DNA from: Octopus vulgaris
Lineage: Eukaryota
DNA: 64,000 bases
Assembly: GCA_951406725.2 (NCBI GenBank)
Contig: OX597832.1
Span: forward strand, 42,904,001 to 42,968,000
Direction: 5' to 3'
The notes under the pieces are model-generated. The model was given only the letters and a program-made list of their open reading frames with translations. It did no database searches and was not told the DNA's origin. Positions 13,420 through 28,696 of the stretch are shown here, piece by piece (the stretch's first letter is position 1; each line of letters opens with the position of its first letter). A program made the position numbers and the translations under genes.

Positions 13420-14389
13420 TTTCAGCAAAGTGCTGCTGAAAAGCTGCATACAGTTCTCTCAGAGGATTCGTTTGACCTTTAGGAGTGTCTCCCGGTTCTC
13501 TAATACTACGCAGGCCATGTTCCACTAAAAAAAAAACAATAAATATCTTACAAACTATAGAATTTTCTCAATAAAGCCAAGAGAAAAATATATTTTATAA
13601 ACACATTCTACCAGTATACAAAGTTTTAAATTTTTTAGTTACCTAGAAATTATGTTAAAAAAACTGCCGTTGAAACCGAAAAGATCCGCTGTTCTTTCTT
13701 TTTCTGCTCATGGTCATATTACCTATATACGCGTAATGACTACATTTGTCGTAACGTGCAAATTGTTATGGAAGGGTCCTAACCACCCCTGTTGACCAAA
13801 GTGGACTAACACATTTCAATAAAATAAAGGATTAGCAGTAGACACTGCTTTTTTTTCTGTTCCGTTTCATCATTTTTGATCCCTGTTGGACGTGGGTCGC
13901 ATTGTTGGTTGTTTGTTGAAGGTCTCCCCTCGTGGGTGTGCCTGCGATTGTTGATTGTTGAATGCATGCATACATACATGCATACATACATACATACATA
14001 CATACATACATACATACATACATACATACATACATACATACATACATACATACATACAGGCTACAAATGATCACGCTATCTGGGACTATGAAAATCGGCA
14101 AGATCTTCTTAAGATTTAAAAGATGATGGTTTAAACAAGATACTTTCCTTCACAACCTTGCTACCAAGTAGGGGGTCGGTCAAAATTTACTTTAAATGAA
14201 GAAAATGTGAGTATAAGCATGGGAATATGTACATAAAACGAAACATACAAAACTGCACGTATACATATCTACATACATACAAAAATACCATGTTGTTGAT
14301 GTTGCAATTCCAATGAAGGACCGCCGAATCTAGGTTAGAAACCGGTTCTTTCTCTATTAGCAAGAAATCTTGAGATAAAATTGAATAAT

Positions 14390-14900
14390 GACATACATAG
14401 ATACATACATGCATGCATACATACATACATATATACATACATACATACATACAAGCATGCATACATACATACATACATACATACATACATGCATAAATGC
14501 ATACATACATGCATACATTCATACATACATACAAACATGCATGCATGCATACATACATACATACATACATACATACATACATGCATGCATACATACATAC
14601 ATACATACATGCATACATACATACATACAAACATGTATGCATGCATACATACATACATACATGCATACATGCATGCATGCATACATACATACATACAAAC
14701 ATGTATGCATGCATACATACATACATACATACATGCATGCATGCATGCATACATACACGCATACATACATGCATACATACATGCATACATGCACGCATAC
14801 ATACATGCATGCATACATACATACATACATACATACATACATACATACATACATGCATACATACATGTATACATACATGCATACATACATACATACATAT
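14390..14900. repeat. (TACA)/(TGCA)n tetranucleotide tract; similar tracts at 13970-14057, 18672-18990, 24826-25047, 25250-25670, 28856-29300 and 59560-59760
   Basis: Directly visible. These are the source of the YIHT and MYVC ORFs. Confidence 0.95.
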
Positions 14901-15392
14901 AATATAATATAAATATTACACATACGTACAAACACACAGCAACTTTATATGATGTCGAAGCGTGTGTATGTTCGTATGTATTTATGAATGTGTGTATGTA
15001 TGTGTGTATGTGTGTTTATGCGAGTAGATGTGGAGCAATGTCCATTTTGCTCAATAATTGAACAGCCTCCGCGGCAACAAATGTCGACCAGTCTCATATC
15101 CTATTCTTTACCGTATTACATGCGATATCTGCAGCTATAATTACACGATATTGCTTACAATGTCAATATTTTATTAACATATACACCCGTACCCGTACTT
15201 ACTTAGAAATTTAGAAACATATACATACGAAAATGACGTAAGTCCATACACACACACACACACATATTTATATAGGTATCAAGCTACAAGCTATCTCCGC
15301 CTCTCTCTCTCTTTCTCTATTCCCTTGTTGAGTTCTTTTCATATTCATTACCTAATACATAGACATACACAGACATATTATATGTATGTATG

Positions 15393-15452
<60 letters not shown>

Positions 15453-15918
15453 TACATATACATATATACATATAAATGTCCATCTATATATTGTATGTAT
15501 ATATATATATAGATATATATATATATATATATATAATCAAAATAAGCAACAAGGATATCCAAGTTAGAGTAGTACAAATGTTTCATGCTACTTCATTTTA
15601 TTAAACACTGTAAGTATTACATCAGTTTTAAAATGTCGAGCAATCTTCAGCCACATATAGAACTTTCCAATTAAACGGACAATGCACATTCTTATCCATA
15701 TTTCATTTGCCAACATTATAAAGAGGGTAGATATACAGACAGAGAGTTAATTTCATTCTTAAGAACCTGATAGTTGTATGTTCATTCTCCGTCTCTGAAT
15801 CTAAATTTTGCTGAACTTATATACATATATATACATATATATACATACATACATACATACATACATACATACATACATACATACATACATACATACATAC
15901 ATACATACATACATACGA

Positions 15919-15966
<48 letters not shown>

Positions 15967-16634
15967 AATGCTTAGCGGTATTTCGTCTGCCGTTACGTTT
16001 TGATTTCAAATCCCGTCGTGGTCGACTTTGCCTTTCCTCCATTCGGGGTCGATGAATTAAATACGAGTTGAGTACTGGGGTCGATGTAACCGACTGGGCC
16101 CACCCTAAACATTTCGGGCCTTGTGCCTAGAGTAGAAAAGAATATATGTGTACCGAATATAAAGAATACAAAGAAGAAACAGACATACACAAACAAAAAA
16201 ACATAAAAATGAAAAAAACGATAAGCCGATCAATAAATACGGATACATATCAAAGTATTAATACTTTCGGACACACAGACACACACACTTTCACATACAT
16301 GCGCTCATACATATACATTAGCGGAAATGGTGCATAAAAGCTGATAGACAGATAGACTTTAATTAACATGTACCAGTGCGCTTAGCGCCAAATACAATAC
16401 AACAATGCGCATGCTTAGACTAAATGATTGAAACTAATTCATTCCCATAGATAGAGATGACTACGAACACACACACACATATGTCTATATACACACTATG
16501 CTTATGCATGTATATACATAAGTACATATTTATAGATGTGTATATGTATATATATATGCATGTATGTATATATATATATATGTATGTGGTATCATCTATC
16601 TTCATTTATGTTTGTATATATGTATGTATGTTTG

Positions 16635-16666
<32 letters not shown>

Positions 16667-16689
16667 CCTATCTTTATATATATATAAAT

Positions 16690-16925
16690 GCACCCTTTTA
16701 AAGCCTAGCCAGGCTCATGGGCACGGTTTCCCGGTTTCAATGGCGTATGTGTTCCTCAGCTGGACGGGATGCCAGTCCATCGCAGCGTTTGCCAGCTGAG
16801 TGGACTGGAGCAACATGAAATGAAGTGTTTTGCTCAAGAACACAACGCGTCGCCCGGTCCAGGAATCGAAACCACAATCTTACGATCATGGTGTTGACAC
16901 CCTAACCACTAAGCCACGCACATCC
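16690..16925 (-). mobile_element. SINE with variant head D and tail type 2
   Basis: tRNA-like head TGGCTTAGTGGTTAGGG...GTTTCGATTCC and core GTGTTCTTGAGCAAAACACTT. Confidence 0.8.
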
Positions 16926-17013
16926 ACACACGCACATCCATACACGCACACATATATATATATGATGAGAGAGTAAGAGAGAGTGAGAGAGAGAGAAAGA
17001 GAATGAGTGACAC

Positions 17014-17071
<58 letters not shown>

Positions 17072-17334
17072 ATACACACATACATACACACATGTACCGC
17101 ATACCATTAGTCGGTAGAAGAATATGCTAGAAGGTACTTGGTTAATGTCCCACGCAATAATATCGAAGACAGAAAACACTGAGTGCCAAGCGATTTACTC
17201 AACCACGTGCATCAAATAGAAGAAAGACATTTAATATATAAATAACAAAAAGACTTTTTCCTTTTAGAACTTACTGTCACTGGTCGCAGCAAATATGGTC
17301 ACTCAAGCGTGGTTCCAAATTGCACAGCAAATTG

Positions 17335-17484
17335 CTCATCAGTGGCTTCCCAACCACATGGTTCGAGGTTCAGTTCCATTTTGGGTGGCGCCTACGGCCC
17401 GTGTCTTCTACTATAGCCACGGGCTGACCAAACCCTTGTGAGTGGATTCGGTAGACGAAGACTGAAAGAAGCCACTCATATAAA

Positions 17485-17532
<48 letters not shown>

Positions 17533-17805
17533 TGTGTGTGTGTTTGTGAGTGTGTGTATGTGTGTGTGTGTGTGTGTTTGCGTGTGTGTGTTTTTCTATA
17601 GGATGTTTCCCACTGCCGCTTGAGAACCGGTATTATTCTGTTGGCGTGACCGTAACCTAGCGGTCCGTTATGAGAACCCGATATAATAAATACCAGCCTA
17701 AAAAAAGGGGCACTGTGGTTGGTTCATTCGTCTAAAGAAACGTGTTTAAGTTGGTGCTCCAGCATGACCGCAGTCTAATGACGAAAGCCAGTGAGACAAA
17801 AGGTG
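17335..17805 (+). mobile_element. SINE family A, diverged
   Basis: Recognisable body with a (TG)n insert and the GGTGCTCCAGCATG tail. Confidence 0.75.
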
Positions 17806-18092
17806 TAAGACATACAAACGCATGCTCATACATACATGAAAGAAACGCGTATAAAAGTATATAATACATGTGTGTGTATAAATACATGTGTGTGTATGTA
17901 TGTCTGTGCATGCGTTTCCGTCTATATGTGTGTGTACGTATTGATATTGAATATATTATCATCGTCACAGAAAAGAGCAAACATTGAGCATGAATAATAA
18001 AGACTTGCATATTATTTTGAATGTGTAAATCTATATCCGCTTACGTATAAATATACGTACATGAACAATAAATTCCATGCATACACATCTGT

Positions 18093-18157
<65 letters not shown>

Positions 18158-18220
18158 TACACACCAAGAAATACACCCACTGAATCCCTTATATGTACGT
18201 ATATATGTATGAACCTATGC

Positions 18221-18263
<43 letters not shown>

Positions 18264-18384
18264 AATCTATCTATCTATCTATCTCGATATGTATGTATAT
18301 ATAAATATATATATATATATTCACTTATATATGTATATGTATATGTATGTAAATATATTTATACATACATGCATATATACACAC

Positions 18385-18428
<44 letters not shown>

Positions 18429-19561
18429 TCATATATATATATATGCATATACACACATATACACACACGCATGTATACACACATACAACACACACACACT
18501 CACAGAAATATACATATGAAATATAAAATGTATACACCCACACGCCTATATATCTTGAATGACAGTATAAATGCATAATTATCTGTTAATTAATCTATAG
18601 CCACGGAAAGAGCCACGCATAGGAATATACATAATACATTTACATATGCAACATAAACACACACACACGCATATACATACATACATACATACATACATAC
18701 ATACATACATACATACATACATACATACATACATACATACATACATACATACATACATACATACATACATACATACATACATACATACATACATACATAC
18801 ATACATACATACATACATACATACATACATACATACATACATACATACATACATACATACATACATACACACACAAACATACATACATACATACATACAT
18901 ACATACATACATACATACATACATACATACATACATACATACATACATACATACATACATACATACATACATACATACATACATACATACACAATCAGAC
19001 AGACAGACAGACAGGCGGAGCTTGAGCCTATGTGTATAATTTTGCACTATTGTACGTATAGTTCTCCCTTGTATACGCATATATGTGCATAAATGTGTTT
19101 ACAGGCATATACAGACACATGCATATATATTACACAACGTTTATACACTCACGTACGCATACATATTTATACACGCTTCTCTGCTGGTATGTGTGTGTAC
19201 GTGTGTTATTTGTATGTATGTTCGCGTGTGATTGTATTCGATAGAAACTCATGTGATACGAATCGAGTAAACCACCAGAACGTAGATGTTGGTCAATTAT
19301 GGCGAAACTACTGAATGTACTAAACCCAGTGACCTTTTAGTATTTCTCGGTAAACAGATGTTATCAGAAGTGACGGTGGGAGTGTGGGATGTTGTTGAGT
19401 AGGCGTGGCTGTGTGGTGAGTAGCTTGCTTACCAACCACATGGTTCAGGGTTTATTTTGTCCCAGAGCGTGGCACCTTGGGCAAGTTTCTTCTGCTATAG
19501 CCTCGGGCCGACCAAGGCCTTGTGAGTGGAGCTGGTAGACGGAAACTGAAAGAAACGTGTC

Positions 19562-19600
<39 letters not shown>

Positions 19601-19772
19601 AAATTTAGAGGATTGACCACTAAAAGTGGACAGCCTGTATGCTAGATATAGACGTCAAAATTGCCAATTTCCAAGGAGAAATTTTGTATGTAAAAAATTT
19701 TAATCTTCGAATTTAAAAAAAAAATATGCTAGGCCACTGGTTTTAATTGATTAATATCAATTTCTACCCTTA

Positions 19773-19819
<47 letters not shown>

Positions 19820-19979
19820 TCATCATCATCATCGTTTAAGCTAGCATGGGTTGGACGATTTGACTGAGGACTGGTGAACCAGATGGCTGCACCAGGCTCC
19901 AATCTGATCTGGCAGAGTTTCTATTGCTGGATGCCCTTCCGAACGTCAACCATAGTTCTTACAGTACACGAAATATTTT

Positions 19980-20201
19980 ACTTTTTACTCTTTTATTTGT
20001 TTCAGTCATTTGACTGCGGCCATGCTGAAGCACCACCCTGGAGTGTTTTGTCGAGCAATTCGATCCCCGGGACTTATTTTAAAGCCTAGTATTTATTCTA
20101 TTGAGCTCTTTGCCGAACCGCTTAGCTACGGGGACGTAAACACACCACCACTGGTTGTCAAGCGATGATGGTGGGGGACACAAAGACATACACACATAAA
20201 T

Positions 20202-20264
<63 letters not shown>

Positions 20265-20425
20265 CATACGACGGGCTTCTTTCAGTGTCCGTCTATCAAA
20301 TCAACTCACAAGGCTCTGGTCGGCCAGAGGCTATAGTAGAAGACACTTACCCAAGGTGCCATGTAATGGGACTGAACCCGGAACTATGTCGTTGGGAAAC
20401 AACCTTCTTACCACACAACCACGAC
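19980..20425 (-). mobile_element. SINE family A; a plus-strand 5' half lies at 19400-19565
   Basis: Homology to the family. Confidence 0.85.
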
Positions 20426-21693
20426 TTTAATTATTTGTTTAATGCAGTTCCAAATAATATTTAATTATAAAAAAATATAATAGGATATTTTAAACATCGA
20501 ATGGCAAAAAGGGTCCATCCGTGTAAAATAGGAATCAATGGGGTCCACTTAAAAATATGGTTGAGAAACATTGTTCGAAATGAAGGGGTCATGTTATTTT
20601 GCATGACATTTTTATATCTGATGCAGGCAAAGTCACGTGGTTAAAAAGTTCGCTTGGCCTCCATTGTTATCTGATTTCGATACCATTGCGCCAGGCATTA
20701 ACTAAGTGGCTTTTAACATATACTTCTACTGATCAATGGAATATGTGGAATATTGCAGTGGTTTTGCGACTAATGGGATGCAAGTTGGAACTTGATCAAG
20801 CTTAGCTGAGTCAACTGGGAGAGTGGGTCTGATGTTAAAGGACTGGAAACCACATGAGACACCAGAATCCCCAGTGATGATGCATAATCAGTGCAACCGA
20901 AAGATACGTCTTGAAACAAATATTTGGTGTAGACATAGCCACGTGGTCAAAATACTCCCTTGGCATTCACTGTTTTCCGGTTTCGATTTCACTACGAGAG
21001 ACATGAACCAAGTGTCTTTTAACATACACTCCTACTGACCAATGGTTTGTCAGTGCAGCTGACCAATGGCTTGTCAGTGCAGCTGACCAATGCTATGAGA
21101 ACGAAAATGACTAATGCATTAATTTATCACTGACTGAGTCAATTGAAGTTCTTCGTGACTACTGACGGGAAAAATATGAAAATTACCACCAGAAACCATT
21201 CTAATAATATCTATAATTAGATATTTTAATAATTTCGATAAATATGGGAGAAATATCCGGACATATTTCATCAGATAGTTATACGACATTATATATATTC
21301 TCTCATGCGTTTCAGCTCCAAGGCTTTGGCCATGCTGGCAAATCACCAGAATCATCATCTTTTCAAATGCTATACTGTATATATCAATGTATCTTAACTA
21401 TTGTTTCTTTCTGGTGAGTGGTGTCACTGTGACCTTTTCCCAATGCTGTATGTCTTAGCACATACATGTGGGCCAGCTGGCAGAGTTGGTATCGCGTCGG
21501 TTATAATGCATTTCGTCCGTCTTGATGTTCTGAGTTCAAATCCCGCCGAGGTCAACTTTCCCTTTTATCATTTCGGGGTCGATAAAATAAGTACCAGTTG
21601 TCCACTGGGGTTGATGTAACCGACTTATTCCGTTCCTCTGAATTTGCTGGCCTTATGCCAGAATTTGAAACCAATATCTTGATACATGCATTA

Positions 21694-21985
21694 TATGTGG
21701 TCTGATCAATAAGCATCTGGACTGTTGCTATAGTAACGAAGCTATATCGAAGAGAGTGAAGCCGCTTGGCATAGATTGACCTTGAACTCTGCTGTACATG
21801 TGCACTGAGTGTTAACGTTCTAGCTCACTTCCGCTATTTACAGCAGTGCTTGGAAGGAAGGTGTGTAGCATGTGATCGCTGCATCAACCGTGATAGAGCA
21901 AGTCGAGCAGAGAATCAGCATCAAATTTTGCCAAAAGCTTGGCAACACCTTCTCAGAGGCCTATGCAAAAATTTCAAAAAGCTTT
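21694..21985 (+). mobile_element. Mariner 5' fragment (TIR-like start and transposase N-terminus)
   Basis: Starts TATGTGGTCTGATCAATAAG and encodes EQRISIKFCQKLGNTFSEAYAKI. Confidence 0.7.
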
Positions 21986-22429
21986 CCTCGTTCTTGACAC
22001 AATCAAGGAAATCTTACGCAGACGGAATCTGTGAAGAAGTCCGTCGTATATTCACATAGGTGTATATATGTTTATGTGTGTGTTTGCATCTTGGTATTTT
22101 TCACTCAGCTCTTGACAAATGGTGTTCACGTCCTAGTAGCTGAATGGTAAGACAGAAATAACCGATGAAACATTCTAGACATAGAATTCACTACTGGGGT
22201 TCATTTGATCGATTAAATTTGCCAAAATGGTGTTCTAGCACGGCTGCAGGCCCAGTGACTGGAAATATGTAAAAGTAAAATAAATGTTAGATGTGCATAC
22301 GGACATGAATAAGCACACGAACAAGCACATACACACACATACACACATGCACACACACATATATATCAAATATATTTATTTATCAATCAATCAATCACTC
22401 AGTCTATGTATGTGTGTATGTATGTATGC

Positions 22430-22483
<54 letters not shown>

Positions 22484-22533
22484 ATATATATATATATATA
22501 TATATATCTTTGCCTCTTTTTCTCTCTCGATAT

Positions 22534-22592
<59 letters not shown>

Positions 22593-23125
22593 GTGTGTAT
22601 GTGTGTGTGACACATTCGAAATTAGTTTATGTATGTTTTTGCATAAATGACAAGTTTAGTCCCATCGTCATTCCAGTTGGTCGGCTTCAGCATCAACAGA
22701 CATTTGGCAATTATTAGAGCATTTACGTCATCAGACAGTTGGAAGAATGGAAATTTAAGATCTCAATAATTCACTAACCTTGTTTATACTATTTGCATAT
22801 TTTACATGAATAATTTGCTCCTAGTTTACTGCTAAATGTAGAATAAAGGAATCTCATTGGAGAATGTAAAAGTGCTTTAGCTGTCCTCTGGTTCATGTGA
22901 ATACAAATGATGACAGGAGAATCACATGCCTGAAACTGACAGAGAACTTGATGAATCAGATAGCTAAATGAGGTCTGTGGGACCAAAGGAATCAAATTTT
23001 GCTTTTTTGTATTTTTGAAGTTCCATGGAGTATTGGCAATGGGTTGGTTGCATAATTTGAGAAATCTGACAAAATTGCCTTGTAATATTTTTTTCGACTC
23101 TTTACATTGGAAATTTATCTGAAAA

Positions 23126-23524
23126 CTAGCAGTATCGCCCGGCGTTGCTCGGGTTTGTAAAGGAAATAACTATATAAGCATTTTTAGAGATGTAAAGTAT
23201 AATAGCCATCTCAATATGGCTAACCACAAAGGGGGCGTGGTGTTACTGTAGCTTTTTACGTTCTGAGATTTAATAATAAATTTTTAGAGAGTTACTTCCC
23301 TTATATATGCCAAAAATGCATTAAAAATGGGAAAAATTGATGGTAAATTTGTTTTAAAATCGTAGACTCATCGTAGACGCGCGCTAATACCCAGAAGAGC
23401 TCGATATGAATCACGACTATAAGATATCCGGTTTTGGTTAAACTGCACCGCAAAATGTGGGAGTAGTTAGGAATCTAAATCGTACGAGACAGACAGCACA
23501 CAACCTCACTTTTACATATAAAGA
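23126..23524 (-). mobile_element. Non-autonomous Helitron (399 bp)
   Basis: The minus strand begins TC, ends CTAG, has a subterminal hairpin CCCG-AGCAACGC-CGGG, and sits between host A and T with no TSD. Confidence 0.85.
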
Positions 23525-23674
23525 TGTTGCAGTAAGTTTGAAAATACTGTTGAAGTACTAAGACATTGTAGGAAGGAATATCAAACAAAACTACTAATGT
23601 GACTTACAGCACTCGAATTAGAAGATAAATTTGAAGGGGATGGAACTGTTTCGAACGTCCACAGGATACGTTAC

Positions 23675-24075
23675 GGCGGCGAGCTGGCAGAAACGTTAGC
23701 ACGCCGGGCGAAATGCGTAGCTGTATTTCGTCTGCCGTTACGTTCTGAGTTCAGATTCCGCCGAGCTCGACTTTGCCTTTCATCATTTCGGGGCCGATAA
23801 ATTAAGTACCAGTTACGCACTGGGGTCGATGTAATCGACTTAATACCTATGTCTGTCCTTGTTTGTCCCCTCTGTGTTTATCCCCTTGTGGGTAGTAAAG
23901 AAATAGGTATTTCGTCTGAGTTCAAATTCCACCGAGGTCGAGTTTGCCTTTTATCTTTTCGGGGCCGATAAATTAAGTACCAGTTACGCACTGGGGTCGA
24001 TATAATCGACTTAATCCCTTTTTCTGTCCTTGTTTATCCCCTCTGTGTTTAGCCCCTTGTGGGCAGTAAAGAAAG
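23675..24075 (+). mobile_element. Family B SINE followed by a tandem 5'-truncated copy
   Basis: Full copy at 23675-23905 and a second copy at 23906-24075. Confidence 0.9.
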
Positions 24076-24772
24076 TAGAAAGATTAATTGGAGCATTGTT
24101 TTTTTATGGGACTGCCATTGGTCCCTATTTCCTTGTTGCTATAATCTATCTGCCAAACATTTAAGAGGACTTTGAAGATGTGGAGTACTATTTCCAGTAA
24201 GGTGGGGACCACAGCATGGACCTTCTTTAATGAGATTTTGCCAAATAGGGGAGATTGGAGGAAGCGGTTCAGTAGTATGTCTTATGCGTTACAAAACTGG
24301 TACAAACTTAGCAACAGTCGACGAATTGAGGGTAGCCATTGAAAGACAATGCGCACAGGAGTTTTCAGGAGAGCCTGGATCAGGACAACCATCAGTTCAA
24401 CAACAGGCATTCATAAAAGTAAAATAAGGATTTAATTCTTGTACAAAACTAGTACAGAATTGGCAACTGTCGATGAATTGTGGGCAGTCATTGAATGATA
24501 ATGAGTTCAAATCCCGGTGATATGATGTTTGTGATTCCACTGCTTCGCATTTTTAGAAGAGCCTGTATCTGAACGGTCGACAGTTTAAAAACAGGCATTC
24601 GTAAAATACAATACTATACATTAAGTTCTGTCTGTAGATTTTATATTTTGAAAATGAAATGTATTTTTATAAACACTAACTTTTGTAAGCATTCAACGTG
24701 TGTGTACACTTTTTGGGATACCTTGTGCGTGTATGTGTGTATGTGTGTGTGCATTAAAAGATAGATAGACAG

Positions 24773-24805
<33 letters not shown>

Positions 24806-25259
24806 TAGATAGATAGATAGATAGATACATACATACATACATACATACATACATACATACATACATACATACATACATACATACATACATGCATACATAC
24901 ATACATACATACATACATGCATACATACATACATACATACATACATACATACAAACATACATACATGCATACGTACATGCATGCATACATACATACATAC
25001 ATACATACATACATACATACATACATACATACATACATACATACATACAGGGATATGTATGTATATACGTTTGTATGTGTGTAAGGCGAACCAGAAATAT
25101 AATAAATAATATCGTTGTCACTAACAACCATTAAGTGTGATGTGACATGACTAACCTCACCGTAGAGTATCCAGACTTAACAATTTCCCTCTCCCAGTTG
25201 TTCTCACTCCGTCTCTCTCCATCTCGTTTGCTATACTTCTCTCTCTGTATCTATGTATG

Positions 25260-25291
<32 letters not shown>

Positions 25292-25375
25292 TGTATGTAT
25301 GTATGTATGTATGTATGTGTATGTATGTATGTATATATGTATGTATGTATGTAAGTATGTATGTATATATGTATG

Positions 25376-25409
<34 letters not shown>

Positions 25410-25509
25410 TGTATGTATGTATGTATGTATGTATGTATGTATGTATGAATGTAAGTATGTATGTATATATGTATATAAGTATGTATGTAAGTATGTATAT
25501 ATGTATGTA

Positions 25510-25545
<36 letters not shown>

Positions 25546-25697
25546 TGTATGTATGTATGTATGTATGAGTGTATGTAAGTATGTATGTATGTATGTATGT
25601 GTGTATGTGTGTATGTATGTATGTATGTGTGTATGTATGTATGTATGTATGTATGTATGTATGTATGTATGTATCTATCTATCTCTCTATCTCTCTA

Positions 25698-25768
<71 letters not shown>

Positions 25769-27700
25769 CTTACGTCCTTCTCTGTCCTACTGCGCGTTTA
25801 TAAACTTACGTGTAATGCTCTCTCGGGATTGATTGGCCGTTCCGGGGGTTTGTTTATTAAGCGCACACAGAGCAACGTCACAAGCCATTAGCGGTCAGTG
25901 ATTGAGCATGTAAGGACCTAAAGTAAGTGATCGATAACTAGTGATAGATTTTAAGCTATTTACTTTAGATACATGATGCTTGTTGGAGCAGTTGTAGCAT
26001 TTACCGAGTGAATTTTATTACATTACGTGTTTTATATTATATTATATTGTATTGTTATATTATGTTACATAATATTTTAGAATATACTGTATTGTGCATT
26101 ATATTCCATTGTATACTATAGTATTGTATACTATATAGTGTATTATTCCTGTATTTTTAACTGGTTTCAGTCAATAGATTGTTGTAGCCATGCTGGAGTC
26201 ATTTCTCTGAAGGTTTAGCTAATTGTATTGACCTCTGGTTATTTTATTGACCTCAAAACTTCCTAAGTACATTTGCACGTACGCACCACGAACGCACTTA
26301 TACATACTCACACGCTTATATGCATGTGTATGTGTGTGTGTATGAATATGTAAGTGTATGTATGATTGTGTCTATGTTTCTATATATGTATGCGCGTATT
26401 GGGACTCAGGCTTCGTCTGATAGTTAAATATTGACATGTGACATGGAGACTAAATCACAAATACAAATACAAAATATGGCGACGATAAACTTCCGGTGTG
26501 TTTTCAGCTGATTAATGATTTTTATTTATTGAAAAGTTTCTCCCTCCTTTAAAGTAGTAATGCTAACCCCAACCCTAACCCTGACCATAATCCCAACACT
26601 AAATACATATTGGACTATATATGACATGCAAACCTTCTATCGAAATTACCCAATTGTCATTCCACCCAAGTCACGCTTGTTGGCTCTATAGTTCCCAATC
26701 AGATCGCACAACCGCCGCGTGTGTAGCGCTGGGTTTTCTGTCCCTCATATTATCGACTGTAGCTTGCCCCAGGGTTTAGTGTTGTCCCTTAATTTCTTCC
26801 TTAAGTCATGAATGTCACTGTTACTCAGATAACGCTAGCCTTCCTTCTTTCCCTACTTCCTTCTTTAATTCTCCCCAACCAAGCATCATCCATTCGCGTC
26901 TTACACACTGTGTACTAAACACATCCTAATCTCATAAACAAGGACTCTGAAAGCGTCTTTAAACTAGTAGCTGCAAGCAAAGGGTTGGTGATGGTATTTT
27001 CAGAAGTTTATTATAATAAAAGTATCACCAATACGATCTCTCACCAGAGGCAAAGGAGGCGCCTTGGAGAGGTCACTCGAAATGAAAGAAACAGCACCTC
27101 TGTTTCTTTCGAATAATCTAAACACGAACGATATATTGTATAATGTTGTCGTTGATAGACTGTCAAGAAAGGGTGGGGCGCTTTTGATCTTAATTCTAAT
27201 TTGCAACCAGAGATCATTAAGGACAGTACAAGAAAAACCAACAACCCCAATCGTTACCACTATCATCGATCCCCAACGTTTCCATTATCGGGACTTTCAC
27301 CACAACGACTACATTAAACCTATCCTCATCAGTACAGATCACCACTAGCACCAACAACACCACTACCACCACCACCGCCACCACCACCAACACAACCACC
27401 ACCACCACCAAATCACAACAATAACAACAACAACAGACATACCAGCAATAAACGCACTGTCTGCAACGTGTTGTAGTTATGAATCAACAGCAGAGCTACG
27501 ACGACTGGTGCAGCCGTTGCCATGACGAGTGTTGTTGTTTCCGAAGGAGGGAGAGTGAGGAATGACTGTCTTTGTTTTGAGTCAGTTCTGTAGACTATTG
27601 TAGAAATATCAACGGTTGCACACATAGACTTACACGTACACATACACACATATAGGTTATGTCTCTGTGTCACATCATACATATATATATATATATACAT

Positions 27701-27745
<45 letters not shown>

Positions 27746-27781
27746 TATATGCAGATATATATATGTATAATTATGTATATA

Positions 27782-27837
<56 letters not shown>

Positions 27838-28040
27838 TAAATATATACATATACATATATGTATTTGTTGATATATATCTGTATATATTTATGGATATAT
27901 ATATATATATATATATACAGTGAGAGAGAGAGAGAGAGAATTATGCGGAAATGCAAATTAGACACATCAAATATATTATGCACGTATGTATGTATGCATG
28001 TATGTATGTATGTATGTATGTATGTATGTATGTACTACAC

Positions 28041-28170
28041 CTTCTGCGGAAGAGCGTAGGCTCGAAACGTTAACAACATTTTCAATTCCCAAGCATTATG
28101 CTAATACATCTGTTTGTTTTCTACACCACCTGAACGCGTCTTTCGTTTTTTTTTCGTGAATTCTTCCCTT
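28041..28170 (+). mobile_element. Truncated copy of the 56455 family with a hammerhead remnant
   Basis: CTGCGGAAGAGCGTAGGCTCGAAACGTT, with downstream similarity to 56510-56635. Confidence 0.55.
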
Positions 28171-28232
28171 ATATATGTATGTATGTATATATTCATAGAT
28201 GGATGGATGGATGAATGGATAGATGGATAAAT

Positions 28233-28288
<56 letters not shown>

Positions 28289-28312
28289 ATATATGTGTGT
28301 CTTTATGTAGAC

Positions 28313-28386
<74 letters not shown>

Positions 28387-28390
<4 letters not shown>

Positions 28391-28600
28391 AATGTGACCG
28401 CGTGTGTACCGCTGGCGATTTTTTTCCCTCTGTCTTCCCTTCTGTGGATCTTTCCTTCTCCTATGTTTCCAACGAAGAGCTTCGCTCGAAACGTTTAACC
28501 CTCCTTCTTTCCTTCTTTCCTGAGCGTCCAATAACACTATACTTGTTCCACGTCCTCGGGTTGTTGTGTTTTTTTGTGCTTTCTTGTTTGGATTAACTTT
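28387..28600 (+). mobile_element. (TA)n-embedded element with a degenerate hammerhead motif at 28465-28499
   Basis: High similarity to the reverse complement of 52198-52400. The motif GTTT-CCAACGA-A-GAGC TTC GCTC-GAAACGTT has G5 mutated to A. Confidence 0.7.
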
Positions 28601-28618
28601 ATATATATATATATATAT

Positions 28619-28696
<78 letters not shown>

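Larger units (their letters stand above)
23040..24725 (+). mobile_element. Decayed Tc1-like DNA transposon interrupted by a Helitron and SINEs
   Basis: About 23534-23665 encodes KFENTVEVLRH...EDKFEGDGTVSNVHR (Tc1/DUF4817-like HTH, one stop). A GPYF remnant lies near 24120. The end ACACTTTTTGGGATACCTTG is TIR-like. The left boundary is uncertain. Confidence 0.6.

Noticed and set aside
14187-14937. MYVC and YIHT repeat ORFs here and at about 18.6, 25, 29, 35 and 60 kb
   Set aside because: They come from (TACA)n and (TA)n microsatellites that are stop-free in several frames.
21035-21092. 24-bp tandem repeat CTGACCAATGG(T/C)TTGTCAGTGCAG, about 2.4 copies
   Set aside because: It is a small local duplication within a decayed SINE-like sequence, with no sign of function.
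26564-26600. TAACCC telomere-like units
   Set aside because: There are only a few degenerate units, probably inside an interspersed repeat. This is not a telomeric array.
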